Assembly (NCBI GenBank): GCA_977016875.1
Contig: CDRNST010000214.1
Span: forward strand, 3,844,001 to 3,908,000
DNA: 64,000 nucleotides
Reading direction: 5' to 3'
From: Pavona decussata
Lineage: Eukaryota
Shown here: positions 48,180 to 59,577 of the stretch, one piece after another
Numbering within the stretch: the first letter of the stretch is position 1
How the letters are laid out: each line of letters begins with the position of its first letter
The notes under the pieces: model-generated
The model's input: the letters and a program-made list of their open reading frames with translations, nothing else
Database searches by the model: none
What the model was told of the DNA's origin: nothing
Program-made: the position numbers and the translations under genes

Positions 48180-51100
48180 GTTATTGTTATTGTTATTGTT
48201 ATTGTTATTGTTATTGTTATTTTATAATTTATCTGAGTTTTTTCCCCTGGAAATGTTTATTGCAATAAAAGAACATTTAAAATGATGCTGATTGCACTAC
48301 ACAGAAAAACCACTGGATTCCCATTTATATGTGTTGTGACTTTGTACCTTAGAATTTCCAATAAAGATATAACAAAAATTGGTTCATAAAGCCTTAGGAT
48401 AGGACAGGATAGGATAACATGCACAGTACCTGATACCCTCTGTATCGTATTCCTCGATACCATCCATCTTGGTACTTCTTTACAACAAACACAACATCTC
48501 CCTAGTACAAAACAAATCATGAGTTATTCATCAGTATTTATAATAACCTCTAAATAAAATAATAAATAAAATAAATCCACTTTGTTTAACAAGGGTGGCA
48601 CTTAACTGAACAGTCTGTTATGATTGACAAACCTCAGTGCAGCCCTCAGATAATTTCTAGATCAAATTGGAATTTGGAAATGTTGGTTTTTAAGAAGAGG
48701 GGAAAACCAGAGTACCAGGAGAAAAACCTCTCGGAGCAGGGACACCAACAACAAACTCAACCCACATAATTATGATGGCATGTCCAGGAATCAAACTCAA
48801 GCCACATTGGTGGGAGGTGAGTGCTCTCACCACTGCGCTATCCCTCCTCTATCATTTTGGGTAATAACAAATTGAAAGAAACCAAATAGCCATGGCCATT
48901 TTTTGCATTCACTCATCCAAATTTCTATCAATAGTGGCATTTGCTACACACTGGAAATGAAAATGTAGCATAAAATCAAGTGAAGCAGAAACAAAACCAG
49001 CAGGAAACATTATTTTAGAAATTCCTGTTGTGGATCTGGGTGTTGCCATGGTAACTGCTATGGAGTGGTTCAACAGGGAACATGCCACCTCCTATTCACC
49101 CTCCACCAAAGAGTTTTTATTTGGTAAATTTGGCATTGATCAGTTATCGCTCTCTGATGTGTCGTTTAAAAAGTTATATTATTGTTTGTTATTTGCAAAA
49201 TATTATCTAACTGTCAAAAACCGAACAAAAAACAAATCAACTTTGGTGAATTTAAGCAACAAATTGCCTTCAAACTTCGCATTGAAGACCTTTCATAGTT
49301 CAATCTCTTTAATTTTCATTATTCACTTAGTCCATATTCAACTTGCCTGTTTACAACTTGTGTTTGTATGTGCATTTTGTGCATGTGTCCCATGTTGTAT
49401 AACACTAAATTATTGCTCAACAATAGAATTGTAAAGTTATATATAGTTTGCCACATCATCAGAAATATGTTTTTGTAACCTTTCATAATTTCACAAACAC
49501 TAAAATAATGCAAGATCCATCCAAGCCTCCTCAATACATTAGTATCCATAGTGTATTTATAAAATCCTGTAAGAATCCTGTATTCTACCTTGGAAAATAG
49601 TTACAGAGTGAGAGAGATTTGTGATGGTTGCTCAAAACCTGTCAAAACCCCTTTCCCCTTATCACCAACTCACAGTGAATCTTGTGCTCTGCACATGTTT
49701 GTCATCTAAGAGGTGATAATTATCTCAAAGTTAACAAGTCCTTGCTTGTCAAGACTTTACAAGGTCAATATCATTTTAAATACATTCATGCTATTAGAGG
49801 ACTCTTCTGATGCTATTAATACAAATAGCCTAATAATTAGGCTATTTATTTCTACATTAATGGCCAGCTTCACAGAAGTCCATTGTACTTGAAATAAACC
49901 AACTGCTGGCCTATTTTAGAGTCTACACACCACATGAAAGTACTGCAAAACAAGCCCAGGGCTTAAATCTTTGTTCAAATCACTATTCTTAACCTGAGCT
50001 TATTTTCGGGAAGGGCTTGCATTCGGTAGTCATGAGTAATATTGGTGGGAATTTGCGTGTCAAAACTTGGTTGTGTTCAACAAGGGCTCATGATCAGTGC
50101 ATAACCATCTTATGTCAAATTTTATGCTACTTTTTTGTTTTGCTCAAAAGTACTTTTTCGTGTGACCTTCAATTAAGTCTGAGAACACTGCTGCTTTTTT
50201 TCTGCGTGTTTCCGCATGCTTGAAAAGCTGACAAACAGATGCTTTGGAGTGAAAAAGAAAACACAGAGTGGTGTACTTTGATTAAATTGAAGGCCACAAG
50301 CAAATTTGAGCAAAATGAAAAATTGGCCCGAAACTAGACAAAAGATGTTTAAACTCTCAGCACTTCAATTCAGACATCTTAAAACACTAACTACAGCTTA
50401 CAGCTTAAAACAGTTAACCGTAACAACTTACGGCTTATAGTGGGAAGGGATTATAATGATTATCAGAACCTGGATGTGGGTTTAATTTGAGAGTGTCGCG
50501 GAATCTTTCATGAACTCCGCACTTGCCGGTTCACAAACTGAAGAGGACTGTAATTCTTTCCTTTTCTGAAGATTTATTTAACATTCACAATCTGACAATC
50601 TCTGATCTCTGATCTAATATACAATATTCGCGATGCACAGTTCTGTTCACAATTCGTTCTTAATCGTTCTGATCTTACGTTACAATTGTACCAAGATTTA
50701 CTAGGTTCCATTTGCGCAACAAGTATTTTTGCTACAATCACGAGCACAGTATAATCCCAAGCCTACACTATTGTAATGCTACTAAATTTAATTTCAATTA
50801 CACAATTACACGCGTTTCTCTTCCTTATTTAGCTTAATACTATGTGTGCAGTTACATCATTGTCGTGCAGTGTATAAACTTTGGACTTTGCCGGAGGACA
50901 ATTGTGCAATCTGCTTTGCTCACTAATTTTTAAAGTATTGCTCGCGTTACTATTTCGTGACATTGTTCATCAAATTTCCAAGTTAATATTCTACGTCACG
51001 CACATCAGTGCTTCTTTCCCGAAAGGGAGGCAATATTGAGTGGGGTCTATATTTGGAATTTTACGGTAGTTTAAAATAAGTTACTTAAGATTGATAACTT

Positions 51101-51939
51101 GTATCACGAGAAGCAAAATACTGCTCAATTCATTGTTTGATGCCACAGATCAAGTATTGGAACTAAATTAGTTCTGCGGTTAAGCAAACAACAGATTGAC
51201 AAATATTTTGCTTATCGTTCAGGAATATGGCAATTCAACTTTACCTTCGACAGTGCCAGTTCATCTTTTTTTGATGGCTCAAAATCCCACACAGCAACAA
51301 ACTTTTCAAGATTCCTGACAAATTGAAGGGTTCACCAGATTACTAGAAAATATAAACTATTAAAGCTACACAAGTCAACATAAATATTGTAGTGAATTTT
51401 ATAGCTGTACAGTCATTTTCTGCGAACTTGTGTTTTCATTAATCGTCAAATGGTTTGCCTCGGACAGTAGTGTCAATAATAATCTAAAATTAATGGTATA
51501 TGCTGCTTTATTATTGTAAGTTTATAATTACAATATAAACGGTGTGAACCCCTGCGCGATATCTCGAACCATAATTTTTTGTTTAATAAGTTATTCGCAT
51601 ACCAGTATATTAAGCAGGGCATTCACAGTCAAAACAGAACTCTTTATTGAGCATTTTGAAAAAAGCACAATTGAATAAACAATGTTAATTAATACAGTTA
51701 AGCTGTGGTAGTATTTGCAATACACTCACTTTCGAATTAAAGCTTTTAATTATGACCTCTAGTTTAAAAACTACAGGCCATTCTCTTTGTCATTCAGTTC
51801 GCAATCCTTTTAAACGTTCTCAATTATTCAATTGTTCTTAATATAGAGATAACGTTAGTCAATACAACAACTGATAAAGAACTAACCTTGGTTCAATACA
51901 CTCCATATCAGCTGAGTCTTCGGCCACTTCTTGCTGCAT
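25370..51939 (-). CDS. Rho guanine nucleotide exchange factor, SH3-DH-PH-SH3-RA architecture, ~870 aa, ~34 exons
   Basis: Phase-consistent GT-AG chain from ATG 51939 (MQQEVAEDSADMECIEPR). SH3: FVAVWDFEPSKKDELALSK|GDVVFVVKKYQDGWYRG|..GCFPGNFV (47740-51314). DH: ELLTSEVSYFNGLNLL...LFANVE...LVLMPIQ|RVPRYELMLKELVKRT|DHPDYDNLKEAL...LNEHIR (~40260-46118). PH: YVYEGEV...ERYLFLFNNILLIG...YKFLASSESDKEAWVKKL (~33139-36384). Second SH3: ELNLRQGEEVLII...WWPGLYKGRFGWFP (~30980-32940). RA-like: LKVFKPDKTFK...HRCLDPEEKLVDIFAMW...KLVI. Stop at 25370 after GVLVSFD. Confidence 0.88.
25584..25860 (+). mobile_element. Second degenerate PLE 3' remnant (intronic)
   Basis: EMLFIKELNPELNTQKD-(frameshift)-IHAKLFT*, then a decayed hammerhead-like CTTCATAATGATG...GTCGGAACATCGTC at ~25773-25809. 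Confidence 0.6.
26340..26700. repeat. Tandemly amplified SINE-derived ~60-bp units
   Basis: Repeated GAAGTGACT-GAGTATTACTACTCCCCC...CTGGATGG-ATGCTAGTCCA units; the same motif occurs at ~47170-47300 and ~57660-57715. Confidence 0.55.
26923..27538. mobile_element. Tc1/mariner-type MITE
   Basis: TA|CAGTCAACTCT...AGAGTTCACTG|TA ends, with internal GTAAGCGACCAC repeats. Confidence 0.7.
28130..28530. mobile_element. Long fold-back MITE
   Basis: The whole ~400 bp is an imperfect palindrome (TTCTCCAAAATGG...CCATTTTGGAGAA) centred on TTTGTATGACTGG...CCAGTCATACAAA. Confidence 0.75.
29115..29371. mobile_element. TTAA-target MITE (Kolobok/piggyBac type)
   Basis: TTAA|AGGCCCACATTCACCCAA...TTGGGTGAAGGTGGGCCT|TTAA. 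Confidence 0.75.
29430..29880. repeat. G-rich ~20-22-bp minisatellite (GGGAACTGGGAGAGAAGGGGGT)
   Basis: About 20 tandem variant units; this explains the low-complexity ORFs here. Confidence 0.95.
31317..31485. mobile_element. Tc1/mariner-type MITE
   Basis: TA|CAGTGGAAT...ATTCTACTG|TA. Confidence 0.55.
32230..32650 (-). mobile_element. Old L2-type LINE 3' remnant with (TAA/TTA)n tail
   Basis: Minus strand encodes DLKRYGYRAFSTTAPRLWNKL, homologous to the C-terminus of the 34705-35607 ORF. Confidence 0.6.
34543..35615 (-). mobile_element. 5'-truncated L2/CR1-group LINE (RT C-terminal half, 3' UTR, (TTA)n tail)
   Basis: ORF 34705-35607 with FADDTQIY, LMINDSKTEFLIIG, RNLGSWFD, HAFVTSHLDYCNSLL, LHWLPV, FGDRAF. 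3' stem-loop GCGCTTTT...AAAAGCGC before the tail. Candidate TSD ACATA. Confidence 0.9.
35710..35955 (-). mobile_element. tRNA-derived SINE with conserved central domain
   Basis: Minus-strand A/B boxes (GCGCAGTGGTGAGAG; GGTTCAATTCC) and GGTTTTTCTCCAGGTACTCCGGTTTTCCCC core; a second copy lies at ~48575-48845. Confidence 0.8.
42507..43238. repeat. (GGTA)n/(GGCA)n compound satellite with higher-order units
   Basis: Direct reading; later part has repeating AGGAGGTA(CAGTA)GCTATAGGTAGGT units. Confidence 0.95.
44922..45520. mobile_element. Non-autonomous element with asymmetric subterminal inverted repeats (HINE/Helentron-like, tentative)
   Basis: CCTCGCGAAG at 44948 and CTTCGCGAGG at 45498 at unequal distances from the ends; GC-rich hairpins near the right end; CpG-rich relative to the surrounding intron. 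Confidence 0.4.
45650..45780. mobile_element. PLE pLTR-derived inverted relic
   Basis: TCATCCAGG...GTCCTAAGAAGACTG vs CAGTCCTTCTCAGAACTACTCACCTGGATGA inverted arms enclosing GGTTGTCGAAACATCAGTC, a decayed hammerhead 3' half. Confidence 0.45.
47115..47470 (-). mobile_element. CORE-like SINE
   Basis: GAGAGGCAACGTAAGAGTCAAGTGTATTGCAGAAGAACACAA resembles the CORE-SINE domain, followed by a reverse B-box-like CTCAAACC. Confidence 0.5.
48045..48225. repeat. (TTA)n and (TTATTG)n microsatellites
   Basis: Direct reading. Confidence 0.95.
48575..48845 (-). mobile_element. tRNA-derived SINE, same family as 35710-35955
   Basis: Shared AGATCAAATTGGAATTT...GGAAAACC-GAGTACC-GGAGAAAAACCTCT...GCCACATTGGTGGGAGG-GAGT-CTCTCACCACTGCGC. 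Confidence 0.8.
49060..49440 (+). mobile_element. Degenerate non-LTR retrotransposon ORF2 C-terminus (Tx1/L1-like)
   Basis: WFNREHATSYSPSTKEFLFG...KKLYYCLLFAKYYL, followed by a T-rich 3' UTR-like stretch. Confidence 0.45.
50494..50962 (-). mobile_element. Possible solo LTR
   Basis: TG...CA ends with a short inverted repeat (TGTCGCGGA / TTCGTGACA) and a minus-strand AATAAA near 50573. No TSD recognised. Confidence 0.4.
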
Positions 51940-53127
51940 TGCTCTTTGTTGCGTTTAGTATTACAAGATTTCGTGACAAAAATCACTGCTCAATGGCCCG
52001 TTCTCGAATGATCTCTCACGAACTGTTAATTCAGAGGTATTTCTGGAGAAAACTGTTCTCAGTTGTTCAAATTTAGGAAGAAATCATGACCCAACAGACT
52101 CAAGACGCCGTGACGGATCCATTCCGTATCAAATGTCACCAGTCAAACACGGGCCTCCTTCTATAAAATTCAAAACATCACACAAGTACAAGTGCTGCCA
52201 CAATACCCTGTGAGTGTCCCAATGTTATCTACCAAATTGTTTCTTTTCTGTAAACAATCCTTTGAAGGATTGGCTCGCCTGTATTTTGAGGTACGGAAAC
52301 ACAAAACTGTGGTTTCTTTGAAATTTTCGCGACAACGGGAATTTCGATTTAGGACACTTTCGGAAACTGAGGAACGAGCTAAAACGAAGTGGAAATCGTT
52401 TATTCGTCGTGACGTCATGAGCTACCGAACATCCGCCGATTGTTTCTTACCCAAATTCTTGCCGTACCGAATTCCGGGTGTAAACACGTTTCAACCAATC
52501 GGTGCTCTATATTGATGTATTAAAAACAAACATATTCCGACACTTCCGCTGGAAACCGAAACACTTACAAATCTTAAACTCCTTTTTTATATTTATATTA
52601 CATTAATTATGGAACGCGCCAGACCGCCTGTTTTCTTTGCCATAGATGGCAAACAGGAAGTAATTGAAATGTAAATTCGGTCACCAAGTATGCGCCCTCA
52701 TTTTAAGTTGTTATCGGGCCTATATCTATTTTTATAGCTTCCCGTGCTCAACTCTAATAGGAAAATGGTTGAATGAAGCTCAGTCAAGCTCAGCAGAATG
52801 AAGGACTCGTCCCAGAATTTTATAAACGTCACATTTCTGTCTTGTCTAATTTAGAATTAAAAATGGGTAACTTTCCGNNNNNNNNNNNNNNNNNNNNNNN
52901 NNNNNNNNNNNNNNNNNNNNNNNNNNNNNNNNNNNNNNNNNNNNNNNNNNNNNNNNNNNNNNNNNNNNNNNNNNNNNNNNNNNNNNNNNNNNNNNNNNNN
53001 NNNNNNNNNNNNNNNNNNNNNNNNNNNNNNNNNNNNNNNNNNNNNNNNNNNNNNTCCTCCTCATCTTTGTCCTTCAGTTCTTCTTCTTCTTCTTGAACTG
53101 ACAAAATTCTCAGAGTCCTTCAGAAAC

Positions 53128-53560
53128 GTGAGTCTTCGGCAAATGTACTTCAAAAATTGCCAGACACATGCAGTTCCTCTATTTATAGTTTCTTATTTAC
53201 TGCCCATAAATATGTTATACTTTGAAGAAACTACTAAACTGATGCATGTCATATCGTGTGGCATTTTAACCCCCAGAACAGACAGCCTCAGTTTTCACAC
53301 CCCACTAGTAATGTGTATAATTTACAATACAAGATCAACAAGCCATGACGATTTTTATAAGCTAACAATTTTCAAGGCTATAAGTTCAAAGGCGTTCTTT
53401 CTCAAGAACTGGGGCACCTATACGGAAACTGTATTTCAACTTATTCATGTGAGCAGAGTAAGGAAAAATTCACTTCAAAATTAAAATTCGTGAATTCCTT
53501 ATGAATATGTGGTTGAAAATGATTGATTGTACCACGATAATCGACAAAATAGCCCAGTAC
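53128..53560 (+). mobile_element. Degenerate CR1/L2-group LINE 3' fragment
   Basis: LRQMYFKNCQTHAVPLFIVSYLLPINMLYFEETTKLMH...YNTRS, with frameshifts. Confidence 0.55.
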
Positions 53561-53780
53561 TAAAACCTCTTACTAAGTAATTTTTTTTACCTCTCTTTCG
53601 TTTAATTTTTAACTTTTGACCCTCTTTTTCTCGAACATAGGCGTAAGGCTATAAAATGATGCGCAAATGCTGGAAACATGTTAATTATTTCGCTTGAATG
53701 TTCTCCTTGAGTGCAACCCCGTACCCCCCCCCCCCCCCTTTTAGCTTCCATCACACGGGCTACTCAATAACAATTTCTGT

Positions 53781-56700
53781 TTACAGCTCATCGTAGACTA
53801 CCATATTATCTACAGCATCACAGTCCTCTTCAGTTGACATGCGCAGTAACTCATCAGCAATCGCCTGGCCTTGGTTTTTCCCAGTCAGGTACGCCCCTTG
53901 CATATACCCGTACCAGTCCTCGCTCGTTGCCTCTCCCGCGAAATAAAGCCGACCCAGTCTCTCTCCAAGGTTTTTGAAATCTTGCGAAGTTGTACCCACA
54001 ACTGGCTCACTGTATGCACCACGTGTGAAGGAATCTTTAGACCATCGATGATAAGATATTGCTATAATGGATAAATAAACAAATCAATCAATTAATAGAA
54101 CGATTGGCATGATTTGCACGGCTGGCGTCGGCAAATCATGTAATGTAAAGAAAGGCCGAAACGGAAATGTTAGGTGTTTGTATTTTCTCTTGCTTAAAAA
54201 AGCAATGACAAGCTGAATCCATTTCTATTACAGGCCACGGGCAAATCAAATGTGTATGCATGCTTTACGGCGCAATTTCCATATCAAGCTCAAGAGAAGA
54301 ACAAAAGACCTCATAAGAGCAGGGAGGTGCCATTTCAGTTCCTGCTCTTGTTTTGGGCACCCATCTTACAAACTTATCCAGAATATCAGGGATAGCGTCG
54401 CTCATGTGCTTTCATACGTTGGTGTAGCAGGGACTTTTGGGGCTATTTAGCTCTGTGGCTAAGCGAGAGGTGCCCTGCTACCTACCGGGATCTTTTACAT
54501 CAAGTGGACCAGATCTTCTTCACAGGAAGTGAACATAGCGTTTATTGTAGATCTTGACTCATTCTCAGTGAAATCCATTTTACTGAAAAATGTCCCGTAA
54601 CATTGGGAAAAAGGTTGAAAAACAAGGAAATTCTAGTTTGCGTGGGATGGGGTATTACCGACATATGAAAACTAAAGAGTCGCTCGATTGACCGTATTCC
54701 GGAATAAGAATAAGTGGAACAGCTCGGTTAGATTTCCCTTTTAAGTAAATTTGGGAAGACATTCCTGCAAACTTTCGCTGACACATGATAATTTAATAGC
54801 GATTTTGTACTCCAATAACTACAAAAACCTCTTATGAGGGATTTCTTGTCATCATTGTGTGTACTCCTATTCCGGAATAGGGTCAATAGAACGCACCCTA
54901 AGCTTTAAGCCTTGGCCAAACGGTGCATGATTGTCGATGGTAGTTAATGATATGCAAAACTCGTTCATTCTTTTGACCACCAAGTTTCATGCACTATTAG
55001 CAACTATCATTCCCTTTGAGCGCGTTCAAATTCTTCGTGATAGTTGATTATAGTTTTCCCGTTTGACCACGCTGCATGATAGCTGATAATAGTGGATGAT
55101 AATGAAATCTGTAAATGGTTAGACTTTCTAGTCTTCTCGGATAAGGACGATAAACCGAAGACCCCGTCTCACAACACTTCAATGTTCATAACCCTGTGGG
55201 ACGTTAAACAACCCAGACACTAATCGCAAAGAGTAGGGCATGGAGTTCCCGGTGTGCTGGTCTGGTCTTTGTGCTGTTTCATGATTTCATGGGTTGGGTG
55301 GGTAGGATGAGGTCGCTAATGGACTTTTGTAAACCGCATTTGAATATATATGAATAGAAAATGCGGTATATAAATGCATTACCATGATAGTTTTGAGTAT
55401 CATCAACTATCGTCGAGTATCATGCGCCGTTTGACCAGGGCTCTACTCTAAGGTTTACTCCTATACAAGTTTTCATTGCGATCGTACCTATCGGGTCAGG
55501 AATGCTTTCTCCGTAAAGTCTCCTCAAAGGTGTCATAATCTCAGCCTTTGTTTCGCTGTCTGTTTGTTCTTCAATCCGTCTCCCTTCATCCCCAGTCACA
55601 GTAACAAGTAAAATGTTACTGCCATTTGGCAAAATGCCCGGTCGGTCCAAGTTTTGGAACACTGGAAAGTAACCGCGCTGCCTTGAAGCGTACAAAATGT
55701 ATTCGTGATCATCCCAGAACTTTACTGGAAACTTGAGGAAAATCTTCGTATACACCGACATTGGATTCTTATAAATAGCTTCTTTTTTCCACTCCGGAAG
55801 GGGAGGGTTGAAGGCTACCATGTCACTCGCTAACACCCCGGTACTGAAGGTACATAGAGCATAACTCGATACAAAAGCTTCGTTATTTTCCGTGTGAACT
55901 TCCACTGAATTGGCAGAGTATGTTATATTGTGAACAGTTCTCTGCATTAGAATATGACGCATCAAAGGCTGGTAAAGATCCTCGAACAAAGACCATACAC
56001 CTCGTGTATCTGAAACAAAAAAGTCTTTTCCTCGATTGAACAGCTGATAAAGAGAAACCAATTCAGGTTGCTTTGCGTGTTCAAAATCCAGTTTGAAATA
56101 CTCGAACACTTTTTCAATCGGTTGTCTACTTTCCCATCCCATAAGTTGCAAGCCAACCCGAGCTGGGATGTCTGGCATGTTTCTTCTCTTCCTGGCAGAC
56201 TGGAAGTCTTCAACCCTTTCTTCAACTTCTTCTCTAAATTTATGAACGACTTCCCAATCTGTAACGTCTTGGCCGTTCTCGTCTCTGTGAGATAACAAAG
56301 GAAATTTCAGCAAAGACAAATTGCACTTGTTGCAGAGCTCTGTGGTTAGTTGAAAAAAAAACTTGTGCAACAACAAACGGGTTGCCGCACAACCCACCGT
56401 CGAATTCTAATTGGTTCGTCATACGCTTTATTCATTAAGACTGATGAGTGGATTCATTTGCCGCATACGTGTCTTTTTACTCGTACAGTTATTGCAATTT
56501 CCATGCGACTCATCTTTTGTTTTAAACAGTTACATTCGGTTATGTTAAAATTACTATTCTATAATGGTTTCATCATTCGCAAAATGTAAGATGCCGAGTA
56601 CTGAGCGGATCCTGTAAGATGGATTATATTGATCTAATTATAAGTGTTTGTTTGTTTGTTTGCGTTTTACTGTTGTTTAATGAAGTTGAAGGCTAGCTCA

Positions 56701-58242
56701 AGCTAGGCTTTAACTCAAAACAAATCAAGCAGTAAACAACAAATTGTACCGGCATTGCATTTAAAGGTGTCGTTACAAGGGACAAATTTAACGGAACATA
56801 ACACCCGAACAACTTTTAACGAAACATTTTTTGCCGCCGGTAACATATTGCAGATTTTGAGTCCCATGTCACTTTACGATAAGTCAATCGCGTGGAAAAC
56901 AAGTTAAGTGTGAGATGAGAATGGAATGAATCTGTACTTCTTATATTCAGTTTATTTTTTGCCATTCACCCCTCGATGTTGGCTAATTTACTGAGATTTT
57001 CGGCCAGTTTTTCTGGAGCTTGGATTAGATTCCACGCTAATAAAATGAACTTTACCACATGAAGTGTTAAATCAAGCCCTTTTTTCTGAATGAAAAATGT
57101 TTCAGGGGCACAAACGTGACTGAACTCGAACTTAAAATTCTACAACCAACCTGATTATAAGATCAGAGTAATTACACCAAATCCCGCCCATCCTTGTATC
57201 GTCCATCCGTTTTGCAAGAGCAGCTGAATCATCATCATCCAATAAGTGCAGCCAGTTTGCTCCTGTCTCAATGGTAACTCCTTCAAACTGTACTGCGTGA
57301 ATTCTACCACCAATGTGATTTTTAGCCTCAAGGACATAGAAATCCGTAATGTTGTTATCTAGAAGGGTCTTAGCAGCTGTTATTCCAGATAGGCCTGCAC
57401 CAAGAATGAGGACTTTGGTTTGGATCCTTCTTTCCTCTAGTGCTGATGATGATAGTGATGACGATGACCAGAGGGTGGCAGTCAAGAATAAAAGGTACTT
57501 TGCAAAGAAGCTCAAGTTCACCTGAAACATGATCTGCTGATGCTCTGGAAACAAGACGGCAGTGTTAGTGATCGAAAAAAAATTTATGGATATAGGTGAA
57601 GTCGTGCATGAACCTCTGGCGGCCGAAAATTAAGCTCGATTTCTGTACCATGAGACAATTAGCAATATATTGCTACAACCCCAGGGGATGGGATGCTAGT
57701 CCACCACAGGGTTCCCTGAAGAGAGACAACGGACGTGAAGTTGTTGGAATTCCGCTACTCACGACGTATGAGATTACTTTTTGTTCCAGAGATAAGTTCC
57801 TAGATGTCCTTCAAAAGTCCCTTTCAAACCGAAAACAAATACAGTCAACTCCCTTTATTGCGGACACCCTCGGGACCGCGTGTTAGTGTCCTAGCGAGAG
57901 TCCGTAATACAGTCAAACGTCTGTAATTTATTTTTGTGGGGGATTTAGCTGCTGTCCGTATTATCGGGGCGTCCGTAATAGCGAGGTGTTCGCAAGGCGA
58001 GAGTTGACTGAAAATCATGTGAAATTGTGACTAGTTCCAGTTCCTACTCGTTTACAACAATCTGTCCAATCAGACCAAAGGACAGGCAGGCCTTACGAAG
58101 TCTATAAATGCATTGATTAGCAGTACATGAATAAGTAATTTATAGTCTTCGCATTCATATTTTTATCCTTAGCACTTTCAGGGTCTTTCAGTAATGAAAG
58201 AGATTTCCGTGTCCAAATGAATGAATAAAGATGATGATGATA

Positions 58243-58283
<41 letters not shown>

Positions 58284-59498
58284 AAATACTTCTAAAGTCC
58301 CGTATAATCGGTTTCAACATTTGACCAACATTCGTTCAACAAAGTTGAAGGGATGTTGGGCAAATGAACGGAGTGTGTTCAAACGGTTTCAACACTATTC
58401 AACATTTTCGAGAACAAAGGAAATGTTGTATTGATGTTGAATGAAAGTTTAAACCAATTTAAATTTGATTCAACACGCTTTCCGCGAACAAACTTTTAAC
58501 ATTTTTATACTTTCAACAATGTTGAACGACCTTTTCAAACGCCCCCAACATTTGGTTCAAACAAAGTGTTGAACGCATGTTGAAGCAAATGTTGAAGCCG
58601 TTTAAAGAGGTTTTAAAAGCAAAAATGCACGGTGGCCTCTCAATCTACACACCCTTCACAAGGCAGGCACTCTGAAACTGCGCCTGGTCATAAATAAAAC
58701 ATTTTCTTGACAAAGACTGTAGGTATAGTTAGTTAACGAGGATACAAATACGTTAATATATTCTTTTCCTAATTAATACATGACGTACAAGTATTATAAA
58801 ATTACCTGCTAAATGAATGAATAAATTAAATTAATTAATTGTTAAAATACGCATCTTGTAGTAACTGTACAGAAATTTTCTTTCGGTAAGAAATTTTTGC
58901 AAAAAGTTGGTACCCCCTTCTAATTTAGGCCCGGTTCAGACGCCGAACTTTTCATGAGCCGAACCTAATACCTCGAATTAAAGTTCGGCGTCTGAATTAG
59001 CTGAGAACGGCTGTTTGAATTTGGAACGGCTCAGCCGTTCTTCCCGCCTGACTCAGCCGGGAATTACGGCTTTGGAACGACTTTGATTAAGACGCCGAAC
59101 CTAATGCATAAATAATTATAACGTATTTCAGATGCTGCCTCTCGTAAAGTAAATTAAGTTCGGCTAATTAAATTCGGCGTCTGAATCAAAAGGCGGGAGT
59201 TTCGCGATTTGGGCCGACCTTAATTTGAGTTGAGTTCAGCAAATAAAAAGTTCGGCGTCTGAACTGGACCTAACTAACCCCCATGCCCGAAAGTCGTTTG
59301 TGATGTAAGAGGACTCAGTGCTACTTTACGTCGAGCCGGAATACTAATTTTCTCACAAGAAGCATAACAGAAATACCACCCAGAGAGCCAAGATGAAGGA
59401 CCTGTAGCTATCACGTACTAATTTACAGCTCTAAGTCGTTCTGTCTGGAGACAGCATATAAAATTCTGATAACATAATGAAGATAAAAGACTCACCAT
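53781..59498 (-). CDS. FAD-dependent polyamine oxidase, maize PAO1-like, 483 aa, 4 exons, signal peptide + C-terminal YDEL
   Basis: Exons 59496-59498 (ATG only), 57151-57521, 55488-56284, 53781-54061; 1452 nt, phase-consistent. Motifs KVLILGAGLSGITAA, LEAKNHIGGRI, ETGANW, VYTKIFLKFPVKFW, LLVTVTGDEGRRIE, RLYFAGEATS...GYMQGAYLTG. Alternative in-frame ATG at 57530. Confidence 0.93.
54908..55442. mobile_element. TIR element in PAO intron 3 with nested SINE fragment (~55105-55380)
   Basis: GCCTTGGCCAAACGGTGCATGAT...ATCATGCGCCGTTTGACCAGGGC inverted ends. The nested GGTTAGACTTTCTAGTCTTCTCGGATAAGGAC...GAGTAGGGCATGGAGTTCCCGG looks like a SINE body. Confidence 0.6.
57842..58010. mobile_element. Tc1/mariner-type MITE
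   Basis: TA|CAGTCAACTC...GAGTTGACTG inverted ends. Confidence 0.6.
58230..58283. repeat. (GAT)n microsatellite
   Basis: Direct reading; source of the poly-H and poly-M ORFs. Confidence 0.95.
58928..59270. mobile_element. PIF/Harbinger-type MITE
   Basis: GGCCCGGTTCAGACGCCGAACTTTT...AAAAGTTCGGCGTCTGAACTGGACC, flanked by TTA/TAA. Confidence 0.7.
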
Positions 59499-59568
59499 TT
59501 GTTGTATCGATTCCCTCACAGTCAGAAGGCTCTCCACGACTCAGAAAGCGCCTGCTTTATCATGAAGC

Positions 59569-59577
59569 TTTTATATA
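59569..59577 (-). promoter_or_regulatory. TATA box of the PAO gene
   Basis: Minus-strand TATATAAAA about 70 bp upstream of the ATG|GTGAGT exon. Confidence 0.6.

Noticed and set aside
53095-53135. CTGACAA...GAAACGTGAG hammerhead-like string
   Set aside because: No convincing stem II, and the 3-8 pair is mismatched.
58117-58434. Poly-His and poly-Met ORFs
   Set aside because: (GAT)n microsatellite inside PAO intron 1.
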